A model generated the notes under the pieces. That model worked only from the letters and a program-made list of their open reading frames with translations, did no database searches and had not been told where the DNA came from. Below are positions 34,017 through 47,900 of a DNA stretch of 60,442 nucleotides, in pieces. Position numbers and translations under genes: made by a program. Within the stretch, counting starts at the first letter, position 1. Every line of letters starts with the position of its first letter. The stretch spans positions 186,001-246,442 of the forward strand of contig QPGO01000125.1 in NCBI GenBank assembly GCA_008632985.1. Reading direction: 5' to 3'. Origin of the DNA: Psammoneis japonica. Taxonomy: Eukaryota.

Positions 34017-36061
34017 ATGGAGCCCTCCTTGCCTGAAAAGGGCGGTGGTGCCCTGCCTGAGGAAGACGATAGTACCCCATCATTGTCGGCGCCTCAGCAG
34101 CTTGGGGACGACAGCAGCAGCAACGTCGTGGGAGGAACTGATGATGGGGGCGAGACCACCAACCACCAAAGCGCATCTTCTCGAGGTACACTGATAAGTG
34201 ACGTCAACGCTTCTTGCTCATCGAGACTGTCGCCAGGTCCGTTGGATAGACTGATAAGTGACAACGCCACTTCTTCATCGCGAGAGTCTCGTGGTCTAGT
34301 AGCAATGGAACAACAAGAAGACGATCCTGTTGTTCAGAGTTCTGACCCTGAGCCTGTTGCCAGTATGGACGACCACGACGACGATGATAAGAAACCAGTG
34401 GCCGAAGTAACCGAGGAAAGCACGTCTGAAGAAAAGAAGAAAAAGAAACGCAAAGTGGTTCAGTATCCATTAAATGAAGTCATGCCAAATGGTGAAGTGA
34501 AAGATCGGTGGGACATTATGTTTGATAGACTGGTCGAGTATAAGAAGAAACACGGGAACACGCTTGTTCCAAACCGTTACAAGGAAGACAGATCTCTCGG
34601 CTCTTGGGTTTCGACCCAAAGGCGGCAGTACAAGATTCTTGTTGAAGCAAGCGTACGTGTCATGTATCTTCAGAATCAGTTCTTTTGCGTTATTGATAGA
34701 TGTATGCCATTCTGAACCGTAGTCTTTCTCACCATAATGAACTTCTGCCTTCGTTTGGTCACTTATTAACAGGCGCAATCCACCCCAATGACTCCTGAGC
34801 GTGCCGCTCGATTAAATGAAATTGGTTTCGTCTGGGCAACAAAGGATCCGAGGCAAATTCCTTGGGGAACTCGGATCAAACAACTGATTGAGTTCAAGAG
34901 GCTTCATGGCCATTGTTTAGTCCCAGTGGGATATCCTGTAAGGATGCGTGAGAAGAGATTGTTACATAACCACATTTCTCCCAACATCGCTGAATATTTT
35001 CCTATCGCTAACTTTTGATCTTTTCTTTTCTCTGGTTTCCGCAACTCTCATTCACTCCATAGCCAAATCCCAAGCTCGCCACCTGGGTATCGACTCAGCG
35101 GCAAGAAAAGAAAGCGTTGGATGAGGGACGTCCATCGAGACTGGACGCGCAAAAAGTAAAACTCCTAGAAGATCTGGGCTTTGCCTGGGAGGCTCGGCGA
35201 GAAGGTTACAGAAAGCGAAAGGCCTCTCCTCTGGACAGGACGACGGCTGCTGGCAGTCGACAAACAGAAAAATCTGATGTGCCTATGAAGCAGCAATTTC
35301 GAACTGATTTTGTGCCGCCAACAGCAAGTGCTGCTTCAGGAGATGCCATCGAACGAGCCTCGCTCCCGTCTCCTTCTGAGTCTTCAAGCGGTGTATATGG
35401 AGTTGCTCGGCTTCCTTCTCATCTTCAGGAATTGTCTAGTGCTGCTAGAGGTAGCACTAATCCCGCAGCGCAAGAACGAGAACGGATGATGATGGCGCTC
35501 CAGATTGGGTCCGAGCAGGAATCTCGGTTGCTTCGGGTAATGGAGAGGGAGCAGATCTTGCAACGGCAGCAGCAGGAACTATTGCTTGCCAGTCAAATGC
35601 AGTCTTTGAATCAACACGCATTTCCTCCGTATACGGGTTATGCGGGGTTGTTCTCGTTAGACCAAAGCCAGTCGAGACCCCTTAGAATGCGGTCACCCGC
35701 AGTAGGACTTCCATTGTCGAGCCCAGCATCACTTGCTACTCTCCAGTCGCTAAATATGTTGATGCAACCGATAATACCTACGCCGGTGCAACCGCAGTTA
35801 CGGGGTATGGAAAGAATCCCAGGAAGGCAACATACAGAGCATTCCTTTACAAGAAAAATGGATTGCGCAGAGCTAGATTTGTTTGGCCGTATGCAGGAAA
35901 GCCCTTTGAGAAGGCAACTGCGAGGCGACTCCTTGATGGATCGTGCCCGAGTATTGGAATTGATTCTGCAGCAGAATGGGCATCCTTCAGAACGCGACGA
36001 GGGATATGAAATCGCGGGAGAAGAATACGAACGCAGCACGAAAAGGTCGCGTCAAGGTTAA
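34017..36061 (+). CDS. Helicase-associated (HA, PF03457-like) domain protein (introns 34653-34772, 34938-35062)
   Basis: Two HA repeats: WDIMFDRLVEYKKKHGNTLVP..LGSWVSTQR..LNEIGFVW and WGTRIKQLIEFKRLHGHCLVP..LATWVSTQR..LEDLGFAW. Confidence 0.9.
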
Positions 36062-36481
36062 TTTGCGTTCCGGGTGGGCTTTTGGATAGCCGACCATCTA
36101 CCGCCACTTTTGGGGGAATTCTGCCACGAAGATATTGTTCTCTCTAAACACCTCGGCGATAGCTCGGCGATAATACTGCCATAGGCCAACTTTTTCTACC
36201 ACTTCATCTCACTGTTACCTCATATCATATCATGATAAAAAGCAAACGTGAACCGGTGAACTTGCGAGAATGTTATGAAACAATAGAGTTTGGCCACATT
36301 GGCCACGGGAGACAATCAGACGTCCAATGCCGACCGAAAACTAAACGCGCAAGAGATAAGCGATGGCGGTAACAAGCACACAGTGACCTATGACTGACTC
36401 TACAGATTGTCAATTGTTGTGCTACTGTTTGTAACTATTAGCTTGACACCAGACATTTCAGCAGCCTACACCGTACTCTAC

Positions 36482-37783
36482 CTATTCTTTCAGACCCATG
36501 TAGCACAGCCTCAATCCAGCAAATGCAACTGCCTCTGCCGTGGCTCCAACTTTACAAAAGTCGTTTCCTTCATTTCCATCAGGATTGGTCATGCAAAAAA
36601 AAGACGCCCACAATGCTAACCAATCGTTGTTGCTATTCTTTTGGTCACGCCCAAGTTCCACCAAGAGACAAACCAACAATGCATTGACTTGCAATAATGC
36701 CACGTTTGCAGAATTACCCTCGTGAATGGGATTGTAGAGTTCCAACAAGAGCGTTTGCAAACGTCCCGACAACTTTTCCAAGGATGCGATTTGTTTCCAC
36801 AGAATACGAACCGACTCTAGTGCGAGTAACAGGTGTGATGGAGAAGAAGTGTTCGATTGTCGTTGTAACTCAATCAACACGTCACAGAGTCGTTCCAGGA
36901 TCGACACGCAGTCGGTTGCAAACGGCAAGTCTCGATTTTACGTTTCCACAGGTTGTTGCTGCAACATGTTGCAAAAGTCACTCATGCTCTGAATTGGTGT
37001 CTCTTTTGTAGAAACTGCACGCGAAGGAGATGCGAATACACCGTTGGACGAAGCGGTGCGAAGTTCGGTTGGAAATGACTCTCTCAACTCGGCAGAAGCT
37101 TTTTGTTTTGGAAACGATGCTCTTAGAAATGCCACAAGCGCCTCCAACACAATCGACAACCGATCTTCCGACACATTCTTTTTCTTTTTGGATTCACCAC
37201 ATCCATCGCTCTTGTTGTAATCGCTCTTGACCACACTCGAGGCATCCCGCAGCAGTCTCGGAAAGAGCGGTAGAAAGACTCGCTCTTGTTCTCGCAAAAC
37301 ATTGCTGGTACACAAGAGCGTCAATAGTTTGCATCCGTGAAACCGAACATCCACATTGAGATGAACCATGGCGGATGCCACATAGGCAAGAATACCGGAT
37401 AAATGGTGTGGCAACATCTCGAAACACTCTTGTTGCAAAATTTGAAATCCCACCCGTCTCACACTCTCATCCTCATCGACACTGGCACACTTGGTCACGA
37501 CGGGTATCCACAGCGATGAAACGGAATTTTCTTGCAACAGATTCTGTTGAAATATGGTCTGGAGACATGATTTGCGTACCACAGCAGAGGGATGACTTGC
37601 TTTGGGTAGCAATTCTTGCAAAGATTGTTTTATCGATATTCGTTGATGTGAAACCTGTACCGAAACAGCCTTGAAATCCGTGTCGGTTTCATTTTTGGTG
37701 GTGGCTCGTTTTCCAACTTTTGCTTTGAGACGTTTCTTGGAGGCTGATGATCCTATGCTACTAGCGTTGCGTTTGGAAGACAT
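36482..37783 (-). CDS. Ipi1/TEX10-like pre-rRNA processing protein (in-frame TAA at 36938-40; 3' end uncertain)
   Basis: LKAKVGKR..NETDTDFKAVSV..Q, HPSAVVRKSCL, DEDESVR, SAMVHLNVDVR. Confidence 0.7.
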
Positions 37784-37879
37784 GGTGCAAACACAAGTTG
37801 TTTGTTGTGGTGTGTGGTGTGTGTTGTGTGTTGTTGTTGATGTTGATGCGCCGCGCCCGCCCGCACCTCTTTTTGATGA

Positions 37880-38570
37880 GTGTACAAGAAGTAGTACTGT
37901 ACAGTACAAGTATGTCCCAGTGCGCGTTCGCTTTATCGTACGTACGATATGTCCCCGTTCGTATGATAAGAGCTTATTATGTCCCAAAGCGTAAGGAGGC
38001 CTATATTAACAATACATAAATTAATATGTTATTATGTCCCAAAGCGTAAAGAGCGTGTCCCAAAACATAACGAGTCCTATATTAACATATAAATAAATGT
38101 TAACATTAATATGTCCCAATGCGTGACGAGCGTGTCCCATTATGTCCCAGTTCGAACCGAGCGTGTCCCCGTCCGATACGTACGAGGCCAATATTGACAA
38201 CTAGACATAATATCCCCGTTCCTCACGCTATAATGTCCCCGTTCCTGACGAGCGCGTCCCCGTTGTGTCCCCTATGGTGTCGTGGTGGTTATTAATTATG
38301 TCCCAAAGCGTAAGGAGGCATATATTAACAATCGTATAAATTAATAAATTATTATGTCCCAAAGCGTAAAGAGCGTGTCCCAAAACATAACGAGGTCTGT
38401 ATTAACAATTTAAAGAATGAATACATTAATATGTCCCAAAGCGTGACGAGCGTGTCCCATTATGTCCCCGTTCGAACCGAGCGTGTCCCCGTCCGATACT
38501 GTACGTACGAGGCCAATATCGAGAACTACACTATCTATAAACACAGGCTCAATATAAATGAATACATCAT
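37880..38570. repeat. TGTCCC-motif repeat with ~320-bp tandem duplication
   Basis: TATGTCCCAAAGCGTAAGGAGGC at 37978 and 38298; many internal TGTCCC units. Confidence 0.85.
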
Positions 38571-38571
38571 A

Positions 38572-39080
38572 ATAAGCCATGTGCACTGGTACAAAAATCA
38601 CGTAGAAATTTTACGTAGAAAAAATTATAAAAATTAGGGTTTGGGCCGATTTTTTTCTCGTGCTTCTACCGTGCTTCTCTGCTCCACCGACGCCTCAAGG
38701 AATCGTTTTCCCCTGAAACCATTGACACTTTACATGATGACTTTTACATAAGTAACACGATTCTGTGCGTGAACACTTCAAAATTCCATTTTCAGAAATT
38801 CGATCAACACTTCACTACGGTCCTACCACGGTAAACATTTTCCAATGATGGAATTTTGCCGAACGGTGGACATCGTCGTGTTTGTCATCAAAAAGTAAGT
38901 ACGCAAAGTGTCAACCGTTATGACTGAAATCGATTCCTTGAGGTCGTGGCCTATTTTTCGCAAAGCACGGGAAAAGCACGACGAACAAAATATTCTACGC
39001 GAATTTTCTACGTGAGTTTTGTACCAGAAATCGGCCCAAACCCTGTTTTTCGGGACTCATAACCCCTGCACATGGCTTAT
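38572..39080. mobile_element. MITE with long imperfect terminal inverted repeats, nested in the TGTCCC repeat
   Basis: ATAAGCCATGTGCA / TGCACATGGCTTAT termini; inverted pairs CTGGTACAAAAATCACGTAGAAA, AGGGTTTGGGCCGATTT, TCAAGGAATCG, TTGACACTTT; empty-site paralog at ~38206. Confidence 0.88.
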
Positions 39081-39429
39081 ATCCCCGTTCCTCACGCTAT
39101 CTACAGGTATCATTGGCCATCCCAGTGTACCTCCGACAAATCTCATAGGAGGTATAGGCTCAATGTCGGGCCCATTCTGTTAGTCAACCTTGTAGCTGCT
39201 CCGTCAACGAGACCGACTACGCATGCCCAACCAAAGGAAGATGCACTATCACCTGATGCAGCAGCACTCGGCTTTCGCAAGGGCTTCGCAGCATTGCTTT
39301 TCGATAGCTGACCTTCCTCATGCTTGGGCCTATCGAGTTGATAGTTTATTCATTATATCTACATCTTTTGCCTGCAACTTCTCGAGATAATCCTAGACAA
39401 AATATTAAATGCAAGCAACAAATCTACTT

Positions 39430-42400
39430 TTAGAAGCTTCGAGCTTTCTCCATCACACCTTCAATGGCAGCATTACCGGGAACATTGAACGAAGCCATGT
39501 CCTTCTTTCCTCCGCCCTTCCCATCAGTTCCTTCAACAGCCGCAGATGCCCAGGCCTTGCAATCTACATCCTTCATGCCCTTGGGTGCAAATGCCACCAC
39601 CATGAACCGATCTGTGGCCACATCAGCCGAAATCAACATGAGGGCCTTGTCCTTGATCTTTTTGCCATATGCCGTTGTCACAGATTTTGCAACCTTGCCT
39701 TGGCATCCAAAATCATGGCGTACTACAACCTTGTTCCCATCCGTCTCGGCAGCAGCAGCAATGACAAGTTCAACAATACCGGCTGTCTTGTCGGCATCTT
39801 TCTTCTTCTTGTAGGCAACCACCTTTTTCGAGTAATCAGCCAACACGTCTCGCAGCGCAACCTTTTTCACGGCCGAAATGTTCAAGTTATTCAACTCGAC
39901 CTTCAACGTCTTTAATTTGGCTTCCAATTCGTCACCGTCAAGAGCGCCAGCGGCAGTCACCTGGGCCTCAAAGGTTGCAGCCGCTTCAATCGCGTCCTTG
40001 GCGTCCTTCATCGTAACGGCGGTGATACGTCGGACACCCTTGGCGATACCTTCTTCGTTCAACAGGACAAAGCCTTCGGCCTGACTAGTGTTGGTCAGGT
40101 GAGTTCCACCGCAGAACTCGATACTGTATTCATTCCATGCATCGTCCTGGGGATTAGCCAATATGGTTGGAATGGGGTGAGGACCGACAGACACAACCCG
40201 AACTGGATCCGGGTACGTTTCTCCGAAAACGGCACGAAGGGAGGAAATCTTTTGGGCGGCATCCAGAGGGGCGACATAATCCTCAACAGGCACGGCCTGT
40301 TCAATGTGATTTTTGCAGATCTCTTCAATTTCGCTGAGCTGAGTTGTACTGATTGGTCCATTCCAAGAGAAATCAAACCGAAGCTTGCTCTCGTCGACAA
40401 GAGAGCCTTTTTGATCGACAGTCATGGTGGAATCCGAGTCTGCCTTGCGTACAAGAACTTCACGCAAGGCATAGTTCAGAACATGCGTCATTGTGTGATT
40501 GGCCGCAATGGGCGAGCGCCTGGCATAGTCTACTTTGCATGTAACGGCATCACCCTGGGTGACGGTACCCTCTGTCACTTTACCCACATGAAGGACGAAA
40601 CTTCCGTAGTTCTGAACATTGTCCACGGCAACTATAGCTCCAGATGCCGTCGTAAGGGTTCCCGTATCGTAGATTTGTCCTCCGGCTTCGGCATAGTAGC
40701 TTGTCTTGTCCAAAACTACGCCAATGGCACCGTCAGAAGCCGAAATGGAATTGACAAAACCAATCTTGTCTTCGGTTTCATTCCGTCCGACAAAAAGAGC
40801 CATGGCTTTGCAACCTTCGTAGTCTTGGTTCCAGACATACTTTTGGTCGTCTTGCGTTGCGGGAATACCCTTTCCAACCAAATGAGCCGTCTGCTCGGCT
40901 TGCAGCCGCATGTCCTTACCAGAGCCACCACTTGTCTTGGCACGGTGCGCCGCCGCGCTCAAGTCGTGCTCTTCCTGCATCTTGGCTTCAAAGCCATCCT
41001 TGTCCAGAGTCATGCCACGCTCTTCCGCCATGAGTTCGGTAAGATCCACCGGAAATCCCATGGAGGTGTACAAAAAGTGAGCGTCCGTTCCACTAAAGAC
41101 CTTGTCGGGTCCAACCTTGTCACACAAGTCATTGAACTTCAACAATCCCTTGTCGAGAGTCCTCGAAAAGGATTGTTCCTCGTCTTGAATGACCGCAGTC
41201 ACGTGTGCTTGCTTGGCCACAAGCTCGGGATAGGTTTCTCCCATGAGATCAACAATAGTCGGGACGAGCTTGGAGAAGAACCCCAACTCGGCTCCGAGAT
41301 TCTGTCGTCCATACCTTACAGCCCTTCGTAGGACACGTCGAAGGACATAACCACGTCCATCGTTGCTGGGCATGGCCCCATCGGCAATGGCAAAACACAG
41401 CGTACGAACATGATCGGCCACGACCCGATAAGCCATGTCGACAAAGCCAACATCTTGTGCTCCCAGTTTGCCGGCATAGGGCCGTGCGCCCGTGACTTGT
41501 TGAATCGCATCAAAAATGGGAAGAAAGATATCGGTATCGTAATTGGAATCGACATTTTGCAAAATGCTCGTGAGTCGTTCAAATCCCATGCCGGTATCAA
41601 TGTGCTTGGCGGGTAGCGGACGGAGACTTCCGTCGGCTTCGCGATTGTATTGAATAAAGACATTGTTCCAAATCTCAATCACGTCGGGCAAATCGGCATT
41701 GACGAGTTTGGAAGCATCCCGTCCTCCAATCCGGTCGTAATGAATTTCCTGTTGAACAAACAAAACAAAAAGCACAGATTATGTTAGACATGGTGAGGAG
41801 AAGAGCATCATTACAACAGCTTATCAACAGCATGTCCCAACAACGATACGCACCGTGCAAGGCCCACAGGGTCCGGTGGCACCCATCTCCCAAAAATTGT
41901 CCTTGGCATCAAAGGGCAAGACACGTTCGGGTGGTAGGTACTTGAGCCATAGCTCCCTCGCTTCATCGTCACAGGGCGTCATTTCATCACCACCAAAATA
42001 CGTGGCGTACAAGCGCGACGTATCCAATCCATACTCCTCCGTTAGACACTTCCATGCCATGTCAATCGCACCCTCCTTGAAGTAGTCTCCAAAGGACCTG
42101 GTGTGGATAGATGGGAGGTATGTTTGTTGTGAGTTGGATTCATACATAGATGAGGTTATAGATTTCAATCCTTACAACAATCATAAAGCATAGGGCTAGA
42201 CACATACATGACATACGCAACACATACAGTACTACTACTACTACATATCGCACTTACCAATTTCCCAACATTTCAAAAAAGGTATGATGATAGACATCCT
42301 TCCCAACATCATCCAAATCATTGTGTTTACCACCGGCCCGGATACACTTTTGCGAATTGCACGCACGCTTGAGCTTGGACAGTTCCAGATGCGGATCGGC

Positions 42401-42604
42401 CGTTCCCAAAAAGAGAGGCTTATACTGGTTCATACCCGCATTGGCAAACAGCAGCGTCGGATCGTCGTGTGGGACACAGGGCGACGAAGGCCAATACACA
42501 TGACTGTGCTTTTTGACGAAAAAATCAATAAAGGTCGAACGGACCTTGTCCATGGGCCATTCCAACGACTCTTTCTTTTTCGTGTTGCTTTCTTCAGAAG
42601 ACAT
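39430..42604 (-). CDS. AARS: Alanyl-tRNA synthetase (introns 42098-42257, 41749-41853)
   Basis: [69 protein letters not shown]. Confidence 0.98.
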
Positions 42605-43073
42605 GGTTTGCAGAGTAAATGATTTGTAACAATACTGTATGCTTTTTGTTCTTTTAAACACTCCTTCAGACGCGTTGTCGTCCGTCTCAACTCTCAACTC
42701 TTCAACAACAGCACCCAAAAAAGTTGAGACCGACCGAAGTTGAAAGTTCTGGGAACTGATGCGGACCAACAACACGCAACGCGCAAGCGAGCAACACGTG
42801 GAAGTGAGCGCGTCTGTCCGTGCATGCAACGTACCCAAACCTCTACAAACGGACACCTCTTTCAAATGAAAACTTGCCAAACATACTTACAGACACGCTA
42901 TCCACCACACAGATCTTTACGTAGGATTTGTACGAGGAATGATACCTTGCGACATAACATCAACAACATCACTCTCCTTCCAACAAAAAAAAGCAACGAG
43001 CAAACAGCTTTGTCTGTTATAGAGCGCTTGCCACTGCTGTTGCAAACAACAACGTGCTAGGCGATACTAAATC

Positions 43074-44902
43074 ATGAGTAGTAGTGACGAAGAAGAAAGT
43101 ATTGTTGGAGAGGAGGAACAAGAAGAAGTGACGGATCTTTCCAACAGGTGAGTGAGATCATGAGTACTTTTTCTGATCCCTCGATTTTGCTAGTCAAACA
43201 ATTCCTCACGTTTTTTTTGCATACTCTAACTAACTATTTCGTACTATAATTCTAAAGTGATGTTTGTACCAAGTATCAAGAAGCCGCCAAGATTGTCAAT
43301 CTGACGCTCTCGGGACTCATCACGCAATGTGTTGTTGGAGCCAAGGTTATTGACCTCTGTCAGGTAATTCTGGAACTGCAAACAAATCACGTGGATTTGA
43401 TTGTTTGTGGTCAAGTTTGATTAGAGCTTATCTAACGCTTCTCTGTCGTCTTATTGTTGTTTCACAGTTTGGTACCACGGTAATGGAAACACAAGCATCC
43501 AAGCTATACACCAAAAAGGTCAACGGTGTTGCTGTAGAACGGGGTGTTGCCTTTCCTGTTTGTGTTTCAGTCAATGATATTGTTTGTAACAACTCGCCAT
43601 TGGCGAGTGAAGAAGCGGTAAGTTTTTTGAAAAGACTGTATTCCGTGCTTATGTATTAGTCATGTTTGTCCTTGTTACTGCTCTCCTGTGGTGGTCGTTT
43701 CCAAGTGGACCACGATTGCGTGCTTCCTTTTCGTTCACGGCTTCTTTTACCGCCAATACGCAAGAGCGCGCTCGGACTGGTACACAGACCCAATTATGCA
43801 ATGCCATTAGGAAGATTAAAATCACCAACGTTGTGTTTGGAGGCGAGATTGTGGTTGATCTCTCATTGCGGGACGATCCCACGCTTCTTGTCTTGGAAAT
43901 AATAGTCTTGTCTTGGAATGCGCTTTTTCTGTCATTAGAATCAGACCCTCTGTATTCATGGTCGTATGAGTGTGTTTCACAAGATTCTAACCATACACTT
44001 GCTTTTCTGCAATAATAGGAACCACTGAAAGCGGGCGACATTGTCAAGCTCGATTTGGGATGTCACATTGATGGTTACATTGCCGTGGCGGCTCACACTC
44101 TCATTGTGTCGGAAACACCCGATGCTCCTCCCTCGGACGTGAGTGACGAAATGGGCAATGTCGCGGTGGCTGCCTACAATGCCATGTTGGTGGCTGCCGC
44201 CAGCATTACGGCGGGAGCGAAAAACAATCAAGTTACCGCCGCGGTCGAGCGAGTTGCCAATTCCTATGGCGTCAAACCCATTTCGACTGTACGCATGCAT
44301 CAAATGAAACGATACGTCATGGACGGGGTCAAGGAAGTCAATCTCAGGGAACCCAAACCGGAAGATTTGGAAGAGGGAGAAGAAAAGGTGCCCGAATGCA
44401 CCTTTGAACAGGCAGAAGTCTACGCGGTCGATGTGGCCATGTCGACCGGTGACGGAAAGGCCAAGCCTTCGCCACTCCGAACGACCGTGTTAAGCGCAAT
44501 GTCGAAGTCAACTACAAACTCAAGATGAAGGCGAGTCGCGCAGTATTGACGGAAGTGGATAAAAAGTTCCCCACCTTGCCCTTTACGCTTCGTCATTTTG
44601 AAGACGAACGAGTTGCCAAGATGGGTATCAACGAGTGTCTTTCTCATGGACTCGTGACGCCTTATCCCAGTCTCTTGGACACGTCGGGCAAGGTGGCACA
44701 TTTCAAGTGTACCGTCCTGCTCCTGCCGTCGGGGACGGTTCGTGTGACGGGACTCGACTTGCCCGACTATTTCAAGACGGACAAGCAACCCGACGAGGAG
44801 ACAGCCAAGGTTTTGCAAGAAATTGCAGAAGCTGCTGCCAAAAAGGCCAAGAAAAAGGCAGCCAAGAAGAAGAAAAAGAAGAAGGCTAATACTTCTGCAT
44901 AG
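43074..44902 (+). CDS. PA2G4: Proliferation-associated protein 2G4/EBP1 (M24 fold), multi-exon; probable missing T at ~44490
   Basis: TKYQEAAKIVN, GVAFPVCVSVN, DLGCHIDGYIAVAAHT, EVYAVDVAMSTG, FPTLPFTLR, VAHFKCTVLL, Lys-rich tail. Confidence 0.95.
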
Positions 44903-47900
44903 ATATAATGGTAGTAAAGAAGTAGTAGGTGAGGCACTTATGAATACATTCCGGGTTTCGTCTGTTGCTAGCACTTTGGCGTTGTCTGGAAATGTCTGCC
45001 AAACCAAATCGAAAGATTGAGCGATGCTGATGCAGGGGAGGGGCATCAAGTGGGGATGCCGACTTCTTGACAAAAATCGCCCCGCGATGTCCGAATTCCA
45101 GTCCGTGTGTGTCTACTAAGCTAGTCTGCAGGCAAATTGTCGATTCTGGATTCGCAATTCAAAAAACTCGTGACTCACGCATCACGCAAGTCATCATCAA
45201 CACGGCCCCAGACCAGGCAAAAACAAAAAGCTTGTTCCAAAAGCTTGTTCCAGCTCTGTTCCTTTGCATTGTGGGTCTTGTGCTGCCATCACTTGAGCTG
45301 GAACACATGCAGTCAAACTTTGACAGCAGCTTGATTGGGGTCAGGCCGGCAAATGTGGCACGCAACAACAAAAAGCTGCTGGGTGCACTCTTTCTTTCAT
45401 TGGAGCTTCTGGCCCACTTCTGTCCATTGTTGTGTGTTGCACACTTTCTTTCCTGCCAACACAGTGGAATTTTTTAGAGGACAAGCATTGCCAACAGCCA
45501 ACTTTTTTGGTGCTGTGTCAATGCCCCGCCCAGCACTGCGGCCATCAGCTTCTTGTGCTGCTCCTCAGCCCTTTGTGCAGTTGAAGCATCACGGAAGAGG
45601 AAGCAAAACAACTGATGGTGCAAGCCATTGAGACATTTGTGCTGTCTTTCACAGGGGAGGTTTCTTGTGGATGTTTGTCAACACATGACAATGCACAGCC
45701 TGCTGCATCCACGGCATTTGGCCACCCCCTGTTGCCATTGGCTTCTTGAACCGCCACCCCCCGCATGTGCTGCCCATTGGTCTGACTGCCACATTACATT
45801 GTGCATTGTTGGGGCTGGCTGCATCCTCCACAACAAGCTGCAAAGTTGCCGACAGAAAATGCTGCAAGAACATCAGTTGCTGTGCCAACTGGCAGCAAGG
45901 CAAACAATGATGAAAAGCAGAAGATGCAGAGAGGGTTGGCACAGGCCCGTCATTCCCAAAAAAGAAGAGTGTGCTTGAAAGCTGTCAAACAGTGCCAGGG
46001 GGCAGTGGACTCTCCCCATGCTGTGGCAAAAATTTGCATTGCAAGGAAGGCGCACCCTTTTCTTTGAAGACATTGATGGCTGCACGCTGTTGTGGATTTC
46101 TTTTGTTGCTGCTGATGCTGCTGTTGCTCAAAGGGGAGAAGAGAAGAGGCAGACTCAAGTCTGTTTGCTCCATGGGACCTGAGATTGTGAAAGTTCAGCT
46201 GAGGACTGCTCCAGGAAAAGCCCCCAATTGGAAAGACTGGTGGGCCAAGCAAGTTGTTTGAGCAGTTGAGTGGAGTCAAAAACTCTGTCAGCTTTAAGGT
46301 CAATCAGGATGAGCTGACTGCAGCTGCATTTGAAAAGTGCCAAAAAAGTGCAGTTCAGGCTGGGCAGATGAAGCTCAAGGGAAATTTCTTGAAGCCAGGT
46401 GATGCGCGCAACAGCGCAGTTGCAAAGGACTGTGCGCAGTGCCTCAGGGACAAAAAAGAAGAAGAGGAGGAGGACATAAAAGAAGTCAGTTTGGCTGGGG
46501 CCAATGAAATTGAATGCCATGATTTGCAGCTCAGGATTCTGTCTGAGGAATTTGCAAAATGCATCAAACTGCTTGAGCAGCTTCTCATGCATGAAAAACT
46601 TGCTGCCAAATCTGAAATGCTGCACACTTGTGGTGTGAGACACCAATGCTTTCTTGCACTGCTGCAGCCACTGGTCTGTCAAGCATGACAGCAGCCACTG
46701 TTTCAAGTTGTTTTAGAGGCATTGCCGTGTTCTCCACTCAAACCTTGAATGCAGGAGACCATTTTCTCTAATGTGTCAATGCCAGATCCCCTTGGCCTCT
46801 CTGCAAGCTCAATGATGCAAAAGCCAAGTCATCAAATGACCTTCAGAATCTCAGCAGGCCTGTTCCAGCCCCAGGTGATGAGCAATCCATCATGTGAGAG
46901 GCTGATTTTCTGTGCAGTTTGGCACATTGAACTCCTTCAAATTTGATCATTTTGAAAATCAAAAGGTGAGTGCACACAAAAAACATGAGTTTGTTTGTGC
47001 ACTCACCCTTTGATTTGGGAAAAACTGATTTTGAAGGAGTTCATTGCGCCAAATGCAAAAATGAGCCAGTGATGGGAATCGAGCCTGTGCACGTCACCTG
47101 GAGCTGGAGCAGGCCAATGGCAAGCAACATCAGGCTTTGTTGTCTGCATCACATGCACTGTTCCATTGCCTTCTTGGCATTCTTGGAATCAGCCCAGCAA
47201 TCAGCTGCCTTGTGGCTGACTTTGCCACGCATGCTGCACCTTTTCAAACAAGCTTTCAACTGCTCTCTTCACTGCAGTCACATTGTCCAGGTTTGATGTG
47301 GTGGCTGGCGCATGATTTAATCAAATTTCTCACATTCCTGAGTTGCAGGGTCTTTTGCTGGCAAAACCTTGGCAGGAGCAGACTTGGCTGCATCAGAGTC
47401 TCTTGGCTTGGTTTGCAGATGACAGCTGAGTGGATCAACAGATTTGACAAAATCATTGTCCATCACACCACAAGGCGTGCCACACATCTCTGAAGGTGTT
47501 CTTTTTGTTTGGTTTTGTTGGCTCACACTTGATCCTCATTGACAGGCTTGGGGCAAACTGCCAAAGAATGAGATGAGTGCCACAGCAGCCAGAGCATGAA
47601 ACCACACATTTTGGTGGTCATGGTGAGCCATTTTCACTCAATGGGAGTGACAAATGCTGAGTCTTGGCTGAAGCACAGAGCAAAGAGATGGCGACACCAG
47701 AGGCGGAGCTGCCAGAGGTGGTGGTCATGCCACCAAACTTTTTGAGCTTGGAAGAAGTCTTGATGAGATGATCCAAAAGACAGCCAAGCTCTGGCCCACA
47801 AGAAGCCAGTGGGAATTGCAGACTGACCTTTCCAGTCTTGAAGATTTTCAAGTCTTGAATGGCCACCAGCACAGATGAAAGAGACAACTTTGCTGATGCC

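Noticed and set aside
40099..41331. 410-aa plus-strand ORF, and similar ORFs such as 1185-1850 and 28335-29237
   Set aside because: Antisense shadows of real genes or read-through of duplicated UTR; no independent motifs
43630..43800. U3 or RNase P/MRP RNA in the PA2G4 intron
   Set aside because: Only partial word matches (AAGACTGTA, ACCCAATT); box A and P4 partner motifs are absent
46700..46850. Possible USP-peptidase His-box remnant (FRGIAVFSTQTLNAGDHF..W..LNDA)
   Set aside because: Too degenerate to support without a profile search
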